Source of the DNA: the human T2T-CHM13v2.0 reference genome, Homo sapiens
Length of the DNA: 64,000 nucleotides
NCBI RefSeq assembly: GCF_009914755.1
Contig: NC_060934.1
Strand: one strand, 5' to 3'
Position numbers and translations under genes: made by a program. The notes below the pieces were generated by a model. The model had not been told where the DNA came from, did not search any database, and saw only the letters and a list, made by a program, of their open reading frames with translations. Positions 1-12,766 of the stretch are shown piece by piece. Every line of letters begins with the position of its first letter. Within the stretch, counting starts at the first letter, position 1.

Positions 1-296
1 CCTTTGAGAAAAGCCAACTTAACCAGCATGCCCTTTCGATATGATTGCTCCGGAAGCGTGGGATGCTCAGTTTGAAACTGAGTTGTATGTCAATCTCTGA
101 TATCTCAATTTCTGACACACTGAACACAAGCAGGAGAAGAGATGTACCTCTAAAGAGTGAAGAACTCTCTCTCTCACTTTCTCGCCATCCTATCTCGTGC
201 CATTTCTCTTTAGGTTGATTGTTTTTAAGAACTGGTGCTCAGTGCTTAGTAAAGAATACTTTTCTGAAGCATTTCTCCCAAAGTGTATCTTGATAG

Positions 297-313
297 ATTC
301 TGCAAACTATTAA
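297..313 (+). CDS. Tentative 17-nt coding microexon (ILQTI-K) of the + strand spliced gene
   Basis: ttgatag|ATTCTGCAAACTATTAA|gtaaga. The donor is good, the polypyrimidine tract weak. It ends in phase 2, matching exon 2848. Confidence 0.25.
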
Positions 314-623
314 GTAAGATTTCATATGCTGAGATGGTGTAAGGTGATTTATATTTTTGGAGAAAGCTAAAATTCATCTTACTGACTTTTCAATCTCTCC
401 TTATTTTCCTCTTTTCCATATAGATATTTAGAAAAGCAAAGTATATTAGTAGATTTAATCTCCAGAGGATGAGAATCTAGGGCTTTTTTTTTTTTTGGTT
501 TTCTTTAAAGATTGTATGATAAAAAATGTTTATTATGGCTTAAGGGGGAATGAAGGTATTCAGATAAGTTAATTACATGAACAAGCATGCCTGATTCCTC
601 TTCCACACAGCCTGTCTCAAGAT

Positions 624-1600
624 CCTTCATTCGTCAACTATTTCTTAAGCACCTACTACTTGCCAGATGCTGTTTTAGGCACCCAGCTCCAGAGCTGCAA
701 TAATGATGGAGATTTTCTCAAACCCAACACCCCTGGAGCTTACATTCCCGTGGAGAAGTTAGATAGGAACAGGTATACAAGTAAGATAATTTCAGCTATT
801 GAGACATGCTGAACAGGGTTAGGATAAAAAGTTTGAATTTATATAGGTGTTCGGGAGGCCACAGCTGAGGTCATGGTAGTTGAAATGAGTTCAAATTAGA
901 AGAAGCCAGAAACGGCAATACCTGAAACAGAAGGGTATCAGAAAGAGAAAAATGGAAGTTCAAGGCCCTCGAGGGACTGAAAAATGGCCAGCGTGCCTGA
1001 GCATAATAAACATGCTAAGGAGTGGTAGGAAGTGAAATGGGAGAGGTAGAAAAGGTCAGGCACATAAGGAACTTGGACTTGATTTTGTTGTAATGGAAAA
1101 CCACAGGGACCTAGGTAGGGGAAGGTGTTGATATGCTGTATGTTTTTAAAAAGCCACTCTGGATGCTGTGTGGAACTGCACTCTTGAAAGCTACACCTGG
1201 AGACAAGAAGCTAAGTGAGAAGGCCACTGTGAGATCCTGGCAGCTTAGACTAGAGAGTGGAGACATAGTAGGAATGTGTCCTGGAAGGTGGGAAAGAGGA
1301 CTTAGATTGAAGGAAAAACAGGAATGAATAAATCAAGACTCCCTCCTAGGTTCCCGTCCTCAATAAGAGGAGGGATGATACCATTATTAACTGGGATCTG
1401 GAGGGTAGAGCAATGAGTTGGATTGGGTGGGGGGATGGGGCGAGGGATAAAAGAGTGGTTTTAAGCATCTGGCATTCTCCATGCTTGTTAGGTGTGCAAG
1501 TGAACCTTTTGAGAAGGTAATTGGATATTGTGTGGAAGGGAGGGAATAGACATCTATTGAAAGAACAAATGATATTTAAAAGGGTGGTGGTGCAGGGAAG
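624..1600 (-). mobile_element. L2 LINE fragment (ancient)
   Basis: L2 3'-end signature in antisense (ttcattcgtcaactatttcttaagcacctactacttgccag), followed by the typical purine-rich L2 body. Confidence 0.6.
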
Positions 1601-1716
1601 TGGATGTGGAGACCCACATCAGCACTGAAAACCAGTGATGGGATTATGCACACCATATAGACTGGGAAGTGACAGGGAAATTCTTGTAGATGTAGTGCAG
1701 TGGGGATGTTACTATC

Positions 1717-1911
1717 TCTAGTTTTTAATCCAGCGTGCATTTTTAATCACATGGGGGAGATACAAAAATAATATACCCATGCCCCAGGCCCCACTGCCCC
1801 ACTGTAGACCAATCAGTCTCTTTTTTAGAGGGAAGGGTAATGGCAGGCCTCAGTAGTTTTTATAAAGTTCCCCAGGTTATTCTAACATGTGGCCAGGGTT
1901 GTGGGCAGCTG
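1717..1911. mobile_element. MER5-like hAT-Charlie DNA transposon
   Basis: aatcacatgggg ... aagttccccaggttattctaacatgtggccagggttg, similar to the MER5A/B consensus. Confidence 0.6.
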
Positions 1912-2847
1912 GATTAGAAGAAAGGAAGGGATGGCCTGCTAATCCTGTTAGGAGGGTGGCCCCTGGAACTAGGAAGTGGAAGTACCTCAGTGCAACCTCA
2001 CACTCATTCTTTGGAGAAGAAAAAGGAAGAAAGTGAGGGGGAAGCCAAGTGTTTGAGCAGTGGAGATGGGAATCACAAGACCCCTGCCAGCAAGAGCCTT
2101 TATTCATTCAGCATGGTTGTCACATCAGGGGAAGAGCACATTCTGGCCCCTAAAGACGACAATGGTTGAAGAAAAGGTAAAGGACAACTTCCCAGATAGC
2201 TCCTCAGTGACAGCCACGTGCTGGAAATTCTTCAGCCTGAGGTGAGGCTGTCCCTGCAACTGTCAGACTCAGATCCCTCTCATCTCCAGGGTTGGCTGAA
2301 TCTACTATCTGGGCAAAATTATGTGCAGACAATCTAAATGTTTACTCTCTATGACAGTTTGTCAGTAATTTTTAGTATGGGACCCAGGGTTATTAAAGGC
2401 AGGGTGACATGGGCTGCAGTATGACTTGATGTAAAATATTTCAGCATGCATTCTTATCTTTGACCATTAATTCCACTTTTAGGCCTTTGTCCAAAATAAA
2501 TAAATAATACGTGTTTGAAGAGTTTTTTTTTTTTTGTACAAGGGAGAAATACTTGAAATATTTGAAAAGATTTGCTGACATGCATTTTCTACTGTGTAGG
2601 CATTGTAAATCATTTCTTTAAAATCAGAGCATGAGAAAACATATACCATGTAAGGTGAACTTGGAAAAACAGGTTTAAAGTTATGTATAACTGTGGTTAT
2701 ACAGGAAGATTTCAGAAAACAAACATTGGTAATAAATACACCAAATTGTTAAAAGCAGCTCTTGCTGAGTGATTGGATTATGGTCAACTTTAATTTTCTT
2801 AAATTTTTCATTTACATTTTATTTTATCTCATTTTAAATTTCCTTAG

Positions 2848-2880
2848 GTTTTCAGGCAGCTCAGATATCCCACAGTTTTA
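2848..2880 (+). CDS. 33-nt coding exon (FSGSSDIPQF-Y), phase 2-2
   Basis: Strong acceptor attttaaatttccttag| and donor TTA|gtaaga. Splices in frame to exon 8366. Confidence 0.55.
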
Positions 2881-3789
2881 GTAAGAACACATATTGAAAT
2901 AGTATTTTAAAAGAGATTGATTAATAAGGTCTTAATTTTAGATGAGTTTAGTTATGCATTTTTAAAACTCCGATTCTCCAAATTTGGAATAATGGTTTCT
3001 GCCTCTCAGAGCTGTTACAAGAATTAAATGAGATAACCAGTGGGGAACCATGCTGTGCAATCCCTGATCCATGTTACAATTTCTTTAGTATTTTTGCACT
3101 ATTGCCTCTGCTTCTACCAAGGAACTTTATCCCATGGAAGTGCTACCTTTCACCTAACATTTTGTTAGTTTACGTGAAATAGTCAACAGATATGAAGATA
3201 GTTTCATTATTTATGCTGATTGAAATGCTGATCATTGGTGCAAACCGGCATCCCAGCAGGATGAGCTGTGATTGGGTGAAACATCCATCATGATTCCATT
3301 TCTCTTTGCCAGTGACTGGCTTGGGGTTGGGCATTGTCCTCACCCAGGAGAGGTAAGGGGGAATGTGCTGGTGGCAGCAGGGAAGGATTTCATGTCCTAA
3401 TTAAAAGAGAGAAAGCTCCTGGAGAGTGTGTGTGTTCTGACCTGTACTTACTCTCTTTCAATGGGACCTTGGTGCCTGGAGCTACTGAAGCTGCCCTGGG
3501 ACCATGAAGCTACAGGCCTGAAGATGAAGGGCCTGGCCCCTGTTGACTCCGTGGAGCTGCCAAAGCAACTGGAGGCTGTCCACCTTTAGGCATCTTGTTG
3601 AGTAAACACTCGGGCGAAGTCTGTGGGCCTCTGATAGTTGAATGTTTGTCATACACAGTCAGCAGCAGTGCAGTTGACACTACCTGTGGAAGTTGACATC
3701 TGGTTCCCAAAAACAAATAGAAAGGTTGGTGGGAGGAGAATCTGCTGTGTGTTTACATATTTTAAACATGTATGGCACCCTAGGTTTTT

Positions 3790-4070
3790 CTTTCTTTTTT
3801 TTTTTTTCTTTTTATTTTGATGGAATTTTGCTCTTGTCGCCCAGGCTAGAATCTCCGCCTCCCGTGTCCAAATGATTCTCCGCCTCAGCCTCCCAAGTAG
3901 CTGGGATTGCAGGCGCCTGCCACCATGCCTGGCTAATTTTTTTGTATTTTTAGTAGAGATGGGGTTTCACCATGTTGTCCAGGCTGGTCTCCAACACCTG
4001 ACCTCAGGTGATCCACCCGCCTTGGCCTCCCAAAGTGTGGGATTACAGGCATGAGCCAATGCGCCTGGCC
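3790..4070 (-). mobile_element. AluS, with a ~30-nt internal deletion in the right arm
   Basis: polyT tail, cctcagcctcccaagtagctggg, acctcaggtgatccacccgc. The gcaatggcgcgatctcggctcactgcaac segment is missing. Confidence 0.95.
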
Positions 4071-4170
4071 GGTTTTTAACGCACACTTCTTATAAGTGCC
4101 TAGCGGGATTACAGGCATGAGCCAATGCGCCTGGCCGGTTTTTAACGCACACTTCTTATAAGTGCCTAGC
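4039..4170. repeat. Perfect 2 x 66-bp tandem duplication
   Basis: 4039-4104 is identical to 4105-4170 (gggattacaggcatgagcc...tataagtgcctagc). Confidence 0.97.
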
Positions 4171-5206
4171 TAACTTGGCAAAATAATTTCATTTGGTATT
4201 CATACAAATTTACTACTTTAAATTACTCCAGAAATTAAGCCAAATGAATTTTGGAGAGTCTGAGAATCTTAAACAAATACGTTGTGAATTACAAGTTTGC
4301 AGAACTCCATATCCAGTGTCATGTCCTGAGATTTAGATTCGCATATCAGCAAGGCTACTGCTAATGACGCTGGGGTTTTCAGGTGGACACTGATTGCCAC
4401 AGTCACTGAAAATTTCATTTAGCTGAATTCCTGGAAAATGCTTAAGATATTTACATTTTGATAATATAGAAATCAAGAGTTAAGCTAATCTAAAATTTGT
4501 TTGTATGTTTTATAGGTATGATTTACCCAATTTTGCTGTCCTGAGAGGAAATATTACAAATGATAGCTAGGTTTCTTAGATAATTGGAGAAAGTGCTGTG
4601 TAAACATCAAAATATTCAGGGCATTTGTTATTATTTATGCAGAAATATAGCCAAAATACTGGCATATTTTCAGTTAGCAATATAATAGTAATAATAGAAA
4701 GTAAAACATTTTAAAAGAGGTTTTTCTGGAAATTTTTTCCTCAGGATCACAAAAAGTTTTTATTTTTCATAAGTATTTCAGTGATATAATGAGCACAAGA
4801 TACGTTTTGATGAAAAGTAATGTTTACATGAAAAAGGAAATGCTTATTGATATTTAAAGACAATTCCCTACTCTCTCTCCTTTTCCACATGGTGAAGTCG
4901 GGAGCTCCAGATAGAAATCCAAAGAGAGAGAAAGACAGGGGCAGGGAAGGTACAGTGTGGAATAATGTGGACTGTCTCACATGACACTTAAGAGGTCATG
5001 TGATGCTAGTGACTTTGCTGATGTGTCAAGGCTAGGGCTGAGAGGCTGTGTCCAGCACTGTCATCTCCACTACCTGAGGCAGAAGCAGAACTGCAGCCGG
5101 GGCCTCCCTGTGCTTCCAGCACTGAAAGTAAAGTGAACAAGGGTTATGTGGTCAACATGTGTGATTTCTTATAGGGAATTTTGGTTTTGTATTACTAAAA
5201 TACATA

Positions 5207-5509
5207 GGGTCTGGTGCAATGACTCATACCTATAATTCCAGTGCTTTTGGGAGGAAAAGGCAGGAGGATGTCTTGAGTCCAGGAGTTTGAAACTAGCCTA
5301 GGCAACATAGCGAGATGCCGTCTCTACAAAAATGAAAAAAATTTGTCTGAGCGTGGTGGCATGCTCCTATAGTCCCTATTACTTAGGAGGCTGAGGCGGG
5401 AGGATTGCTTGAGCCTAGGAGTTTGAGGCTACAGTGATACCGATTGCATCACTGCATTCCAGCCTAGGCAACAGAGCAAGACTCCATCTCTAAAAAAGAA
5501 AAGTAAAAT
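5207..5509 (+). mobile_element. AluJ
   Basis: Full dimer, ggattgcttgagcctaggagtttgagg (J-type); TSD aaaatacatag. Confidence 0.95.
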
Positions 5510-6145
5510 AAAATACATAGCTTATGTATCTGAAAACCTTCACCATTGGATAGTAAAAATTCAATTTATTATAAGATCTTAAACAGAATCCTTGAGAAAC
5601 TTAAATATAGTTAACTCTAAGGTTATGAGGAGAGATTGTGGGACTTGGAGGAAAGGTTAGTCTGTACCCCAAATCACATGATTTTTATAGAAAGAACACA
5701 AAGGATGGTTACCTGTGGGCACATTCTGGACCACTTACATGTTTACTTAACAACAGTTCCAGCAGTTCTCTAGTGTGTGTATGTGTGTGCGTGTGAGTGT
5801 GTTCACTTTATAAGCAGGTAACTTCCTGCCTATATAAGGTAACTTTCACGGATTTCAGACAGTGTAATTGTAGTTACTGGGTAGAAGAGGTCTTTCATGA
5901 AATTTGCAAGGGGATCTCTGCGTATTTTGTGAGTTTCCTCATTGTTCTCTCTATAATTAACCTCACAGGGCAGAGGATAGTTTCTTTTCTTATAGATCCA
6001 TATCACAGGCATGATTCTCCAGCTGAATTCCTGAGCTCAAGATTTCCTTTCTAAATAAAGGAAAGGGAAAGAGGATTTTCTCGAGGTAATGGACAAGAGT
6101 TGGGAAAAGTGGTTGCAGATATGCTTGATGCTAAGGAAGCCCTGG

Positions 6146-6513
6146 TGTATGGACTGTTATGTGTTCCCTCATCCCCTAAATTTCTGTGTTAAAATCCTAA
6201 CCCCATATGCTGGTATTAGGAGGCAGGGGCCTTTGGGATGTAATTAGGTCATGAGGGTGGAGCCTTCCTGATGAAATTGATGTCCTTAGAAGAAGAGAGA
6301 GGAGAGGGCTTGCTTTTTCCTTTCTCTGCTCTTGGGCATTTGAGGATACGGGAGCAGGGGATGTCTGTAAGCCAGGAAGGTGGCCCTCATGAAATAGACC
6401 TGCCAGGGCCTCGATCTTGGACTTCCCTGCCTATAGAATAATGAGAAATAAATGTGTGTTGTTTCAGCCGCCTAGTTCATGGTATATTTGTTATAGCATC
6501 CTGCACTAAGACA
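6146..6513 (+). mobile_element. MLT1A-type MaLR solo LTR
   Basis: TG...CA ends (tgtatggactg...ctaagaca), AATAAA, 5-bp TSD CCTGG, 368 bp long. Confidence 0.85.
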
Positions 6514-7795
6514 CCTGGCTTGCAGAGTGAGGTGCCTTATAAGAAGGTAGGATACGTGGTTTACACACAGGTAGCCACAGGGTGCAGGGTGCATCTGTAA
6601 GTCAAGTGGTTACAACCTCTGCCTCTCTAGGATTAAAATCTTTGGCACTGGAGCGAATTTTATGATCCATCTTCCTGAAGGAAACCAATAAAAATAATAG
6701 TAAAATTGACAACTAACTACACTGTATTGAGCATTTCCTAAGTACTTGTCATGGGTTGTAAACAACATCTCACTCAGTTCTCAGTACAGTTTGATGGGAC
6801 AGGTACTATTATCTCCATTTCACTGAAAAAAAAGGAAACCTGAAGTGAACGATAATTAAGTTTCGGGCCCAAGTTCTCCCTTCTTATGATATGATGGTTA
6901 GGTTTTGTAACCAGGGTTATGATTTAAAAATCTCTGTTCCATTTCCCCCCATGAACTCTTCACTTATACTCTAAAATATCTCAAAAGATGCTTGTACTAC
7001 ATGTAATATGGCATGCGAGGAAATGGATTTTTTAAAAAATTTTTTAGAGACTCAGAGGCCGGGTGCTTCAGGCTCATTTTTACCACCTGACCCGCGGGTA
7101 CACAGCATGTAATTGTATCTCAAAATCATTTCCAGATATGTTGGAAAGAGCAATAGGACCAGCTGTGTTTCTCATAAAAGATTAGGCACAAGTCATGTAT
7201 GAGGTTTTTCTCTACTCTGACTTGTGAAAGTCCAAGCAGTGGGTTAACATGATAAAGGAAAACAAAATTAAATAAGCTGGTGTAAGCATAACACAACTGA
7301 CTTCCAGAAGGGAGATAAATGTTGCATAGAGACATCATATCCAGCCAAATTGTTGCCTCTGGTATTTCCATTTGGCTAATAGTGCTTAATATTGGTTGAA
7401 AAATAAAAGTATGCCGAGAACTCGTATATCATATGGTCAGCATTGCATGGTTTCGAACACTCCAGTGAACCCATCTGGAGAGTTTCAGCCACCAGGGCCT
7501 GACAGCCTCATTAGCTGCCTCCACAAGGCCTTGCCCAAGCAACAGTACAAATTGCTGTTGTTTCAGGGCGATGGTGCAGAGTTAAAGAAAACAAACATGT
7601 TCAACTGTTTTGTGTTTTCCATGTTAAAACCTAAAGATGGAAACCTAATTATTCAGAGATTCCAGCAGAACACTGAGCCCTCACTCTAAATTTTTACAGC
7701 AGTTATCAATGTGCTTAAGAAATGTGAATCAGGAAAGTGAGTCACATGCTCAACATGGTAAACATGTATATATCCACCTTCAAGACTTCAGAGTG

Positions 7796-7797
7796 TG

Positions 7798-7828
<31 letters not shown>

Positions 7829-8133
7829 TTTGTTTGTTTGTTTGTTTTGGAGACGAAGTTTCACTCTTGTCACCCAGGCTGGAGTGCAATGATGCGATCT
7901 CAGCTCCCTGCAACCTCTGCTGCCTGGGTTCAAGCAATTCTGCTGTCTCAGCCTCCCTAGTAGCTGGGATTACAGGCATGCAACACCATGCCTGGCTAAT
8001 TTTTGTATTTTTAGTAGAGGTGGGATTTCACCATGTTGGCTAGGTTGGTTTTGAACTCCTGACCTCAAGTCATCTGCCCGCCTCAGCCTCCCAAACTGCT
8101 GGGATTATAGGTGTGAGCCACCATGCCTGGCCC
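7796..8133 (-). mobile_element. AluS with (TA)n/(TTTG)n-derived tail
   Basis: Full Alu in antisense; microsatellite at 7796-7847. Confidence 0.95.
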
Positions 8134-8365
8134 AGAGTATATCTTAATAAATTATTATCACAAATTTGCATCCTCATGGAATCTGAGTTTGGAGGAAATC
8201 TGATGAGCTCCCAGTTTAATTATCATCCCTGGTATAAATCTCTTGACTGTTCCCAGACAGAAAGGGTTGCTTAGTCTCTGCTTGGACTCCTTCAATGCTA
8301 AGATCTCCTTAGACTTTACCTTTTGATTCCAGATGGCGCTAATCATTGAATTACTGTCTCATTAG

Positions 8366-8453
8366 TCAAATTCCACCTTCTACGCCTGTTCTTAATTCTA
8401 CCATCTGGGGCCAAAATAAGGAGCCTGTCCATGTTCCAGCAGACTTTTACCAG
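8366..8453 (+). CDS. 88-nt coding exon (QIPPSTPVLNSTIWGQNKEPVHVPADFYQ)
   Basis: ttactgtctcattag| ... CCAG|gtgagg. Unique sequence within ORF 8346..8624; phase 2 to phase 0. Confidence 0.65.
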
Positions 8454-9979
8454 GTGAGGACTTCAGTCGTATTTTCACTGGGCCTTTTCATTTCTCAGAT
8501 AAATCAGCAATCTTTTGTTTCTATGGCAGGGTTTCATGTTCCCTGCAGCATTCTGGTTGTTCTCCTTAGGAGTACAGTTGTTTATCCCAAACTCCCAAAC
8601 CGCCTCCTTTGTAAAGAACTGTGATCATTGGCAAGTAATCTCCTCTCAGCCCATGTTTCCTCTTCTGTAAAATCAGGATATCATGGTACCTGCCTCAGAG
8701 GGTTGCTGTGAGAATGAAAAGAGATGCAGTGAGTTGAAACACAGTACCCAGCAAGCAGTAAGTGCTGAAAAAAATAAGAGCTTCTCTTACCAAAGTATCT
8801 CTTAATTCTTAATCCCAGTACTAAATACCAGGCGTCCAGAACAGGACCATCCTGACCCTTTCATGCAGTCTCCTCCTCCTCCCGGCTTCATATAATTCAT
8901 GAATTTAGCATCATGCTCTGCTATCTAACTGTATCAAAAAAGGAAAGGGCTTTCATTTGGCTGGATCCATGGTTCATGAGTCCACATTTGCCTTAAGTGA
9001 TCACTGTTTCCAATTTTTATACACTTACAAACCACTCTTCGTTTTTTTCCTTAGTTCATGGATTCTGTCATCTTCCCCTTGTGGAAAATCACAACCTTCT
9101 TCATGTCTTCAGAGTTTTTTGGCAGCTTTTCCCACTCTCCAGGTTTCCCATTCCTCTAGGTTTGTAGAACGTGTTCTAACCTGCAAAGCCTCTGGCTACC
9201 TGGATATGTTATTTTTTGGACCACAGACCTGAGTTACAGGGTTGAGTTGGGAAGTTCTCTATTACCGGGCATTTTTTTCTGGCCTTCCCACAGACCATAG
9301 AATCAGAGAGGAGTTGAAAAACAATATTTTCTTTTATATCTTTTAGTGTCGTTTATATAGCCAAAGCAGGAGACAGAAAAACACCCTTGGGCAATTCAAT
9401 AGAACATAACTTGAGAGACCTGGACCTCTGATTAGTCTTGTACTTTTGTCATAATTTTTGGTTCCTTCTGGAAGTTAAGGCCGTTTCCTACTCTGTTTTT
9501 ACAGGCCATTACTGGCAATCAGCATGCAGTTTAACTGTGCCCAGTTTTTGTGTTTTCTTCATGTCCTTTGAAAATCAGCCCTCACACTATGGCTAGATTG
9601 AATGCATTCTGTGCATGCATTCTATTCTGCTCTACCCTGGTATTGTTTGTGTTTTTTGCATAATTGGAATTTGCCTTCTTAAGAGGTTTCCAAATCTCTT
9701 GGGCCATCTTTATTAGAGGAAGCAGCACTGTACAAATGTAAATAGACTTTAAATATTTCTTTAGCCCTACAGTTTATAATGTTGTTTGGTCATGTTTCTT
9801 TTTAAAGACTTCGGGATTAGAGTAATATGTCTTAGGGGCAAGGAGACTCTTCTAGGTATTCTTTGTCTTAGTGACTTTATTAAAAGGGTACCTTGTTGTA
9901 ATGTACTTACCTCACAAAGTTTTTGTAAGAATTTAATGGCTGTTGCAATTAACACGTAACTGGGTGTTACAGAACACCC

Positions 9980-10900
9980 AGAGTAGTGCCAGGCATGTGT
10001 TCATGGAGTGTTGGCTACTACTGCTGTTCTTATCATCATCATCATCATCATCATCATGTTCATTGGAAACGAAAATTTCAGTTTCAAAGAAAAAAAACAG
10101 ACCCTGCTCTTCAATACAGTATGCAGCCAAATGTTCGTTTCCCAGATGCTCTCATTTTGTCCTGAATCACAATTGTTATTTCAATGAAGAGCTCCTCCTT
10201 CATTCAATTGCTATTGTTGTGAATACTATTTTAAATAGAGTGCTTGGAGAAGGCCTTTCTAAGGATGTAGCATTTGAGAAATTTCTGAGAAAGCCAAGAA
10301 ACTATCTGCAGGGCATGTAGGTGAGACGGGGAAGAGCATGGGCAGTGACCATGCCATGGGAGTATGTTTGTCCTGTGCAGAAACAGCATGGCGTCCAATG
10401 TGACATAGAGTGGAGCGAAGTGGGCTGGCAAGAATATGTTGCCACGTGAGGTCTGAGAAGTAGCCAGGGTGGGGTTACAATAAGAACTTTGAATTTATTC
10501 TGTGAGAGATGGGAAAAAATTAGAAACTGCTGAGCAGGAGTGTGGTTGGCTTGTGTAGAAAATAGACGAGATGGAGGCAGGAGTGGAAGCAAGGAGAACG
10601 TTTGCAAAGTTATCACAGTGGTCTTGGTGAAAGATGCTATTAGCATGGCCTGGAGTGGGAGCAAAGGAGCGGGTGTGAGGAGTTCTGATTTCAAAGATAT
10701 TTTGAAGATAGTGTAGAGCAGTGAGGGTCTAGAGGATTAGTCAGAGAGAGAAATCAAGTAGAACTGGAGAGTTCTTTGTTTATTTGTTTACCTGTGCAAA
10801 CCAGCTACTTTTGGAGAGAGAAGTACTAGAGTAGGAGAGGTTTGGAGTGGGGAAGTCAGTCCTTTGTTAAATTTGAGATGCCTGTTAGACTTCCAGTAAT
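9980..10900 (-). mobile_element. L2 fragments (with a MIR just upstream and (CAT)n at 10033-10057)
   Basis: L2 motifs such as ttaaatttgagatgcctgttagacttcca. Confidence 0.55.
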
Positions 10901-11879
10901 ATATGTGATCTTAGGAAAAATAGCACCATTTGAAGACTTTTCTAGCTTCCATTTGTTACCTGTGTCACACCTGATCTGTTTCTAGGAGGATGTCAATTAT
11001 TTAGGAGAAGAAAACCACCAACTAAAAATTTAAACAAAACAAGTAATAGACTTGGTTTCAAAATCATGATCTGCTTCTTTTAAGAGTTATAGGGGACCTG
11101 CATCCACTGCCTAAATGAAAACACAGTCCCTTCCAAATATACATTTGATTAATTAGAAGCTCAAAGCTCTGTTTTTACTGCTTTAAGAGAAAAAAATTAT
11201 CACCACATTATAGTGGCAATTTCTCTGATGGAAACTGAAATAGTGGATGATGATGATGATGATGGAAATTTCAGAGTAGCACACACCTTATTGAGTGATT
11301 ACATTTTAAAATATATGTGTATTCATTTATTCATATAATCGTTTTTAATGAGAGTACTCTCTTAATTACATTATGACACTGACTTGGTAAAAGAGAAAAA
11401 AGATCTCTACTGAAACTATCCCTAAAGGAGCTGATGTTATGGAAACTGAGATTTTTAATATTTTTAGCTGAGAATATTTATATTAACTGGATAACTGCGA
11501 AGATCACCTCCTTTTGACTATAAATTTGGAGCTGGGTTGTACAGAATTATATTTAGCTCTGGGAAACTAATCTTAACAGTGCATGTTTTAAAATAGTAAG
11601 GCTTCTCAGTTTGTACACCAAAATTACAGACTCCTTGATACCCTTCTTCCAAAATTTTCAGAAGTTGGGACTTAGAAAAGTTTCATTTTGATATTAGAGA
11701 TGGTATCTTACAGCACTCTGATTTGAAAGCTAGTACAATGAGGTGACTCTCAAAGAACAAAAGGAATCAATATGCCTAATTGTGTTTATTGCTACTTTTT
11801 CATCTTTGCTAGATGCTTTAGAAGACAAAGGCCCTCTTTAATTTGTTGATGCTTAGATGCATGATGTAATCTTCAACAG

Positions 11880-11943
11880 ACTGATCTGCGCTCTCATAAT
11901 TCCAAAGTTTCTTCCCGATTGCTTGATAAAAATGCAACCTTAG
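11880..11943 (+). CDS. 64-nt coding exon (TDLRSHNSKVSSRLLDKNATL)
   Basis: aatcttcaacag| ... TTAG|gtatgt. Retains CpGs in Arg codons (CGC, CGA). Phase 0 to phase 1, in frame with the previous exon. Confidence 0.65.
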
Positions 11944-12766
11944 GTATGTTTTGGAAGACCTCCAAGTTATTTCAATGTTATGCAGGTATATAGAATTAAT
12001 ATTATTGATACACATCTTAGCAGTAGAAACATTTTCAATTATGATTAGAAAACATCTTTCTTAAATGTCATCATTTGATATCACCAGTGATATCATAGTG
12101 AATATTTAGGCAATTTTATCCCTGGGCCTAGTCCACACACATTTTTCTAGTAAAGTTGACTAAGACATTCATGAGCCAATACAATGAGCCTATGATTGGT
12201 AACAGGGTGGGGAATGTCTATACCTTTCATATATTGCATCCCAATATTCTATAGTAGGTATTGAAACATGCCGTACCCACTTCTGTGCCAAGGAGTTTTG
12301 TAGAGGTGATGAGTCAGGAAATCCAAGTTCTGATCTGATTCTGTTAGAAGCTGATTCACTGGCTTTGTACAAGTTATTTCAAGTTTCCAGAGATTGGTTT
12401 CCCCAGCCATATGATTACGGGGTTCAAATGATTGAACTTTGATGTTTCATGTTAAACCACCTTTGTTCCTCTCTATGTGGGAATGGGAAAAAGTGGACAC
12501 CTCAGTCTCGAAATAGAAGTTTGGGGATGAAAAAGGAGAGAAACTAAGTTTGTAACCACAGAAGTGGGGGTCAGACAGCATGGTTTGAGCACTTTCATGA
12601 ATGCATCTGGTGTCAGCTGCTGGCCTCTAAAACTAAGTCCTAGTGTTCACCTGAGAAGGAGTTATCTGTGTTCTCTTTCCCATACTGTTTTACCAGTAAA
12701 GATGATGATGAGAGAGGTGGTGGTGATGGTGTTGAGAGTGATGGGGTTGGTGGAGGTGATGGGAGT

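Noticed and set aside
8334-8453. Upstream acceptor ttttgattccag giving a 120-nt exon
   Set aside because: All three frames hit stops before 8366, so it could only be a non-coding or NMD variant.
9895-9940. Perfect minus-strand donor GAG|gtaagt
   Set aside because: It lies in a MIR core (acttacctcacaaagtttttgtaagaatt) and I found no convincing acceptor.
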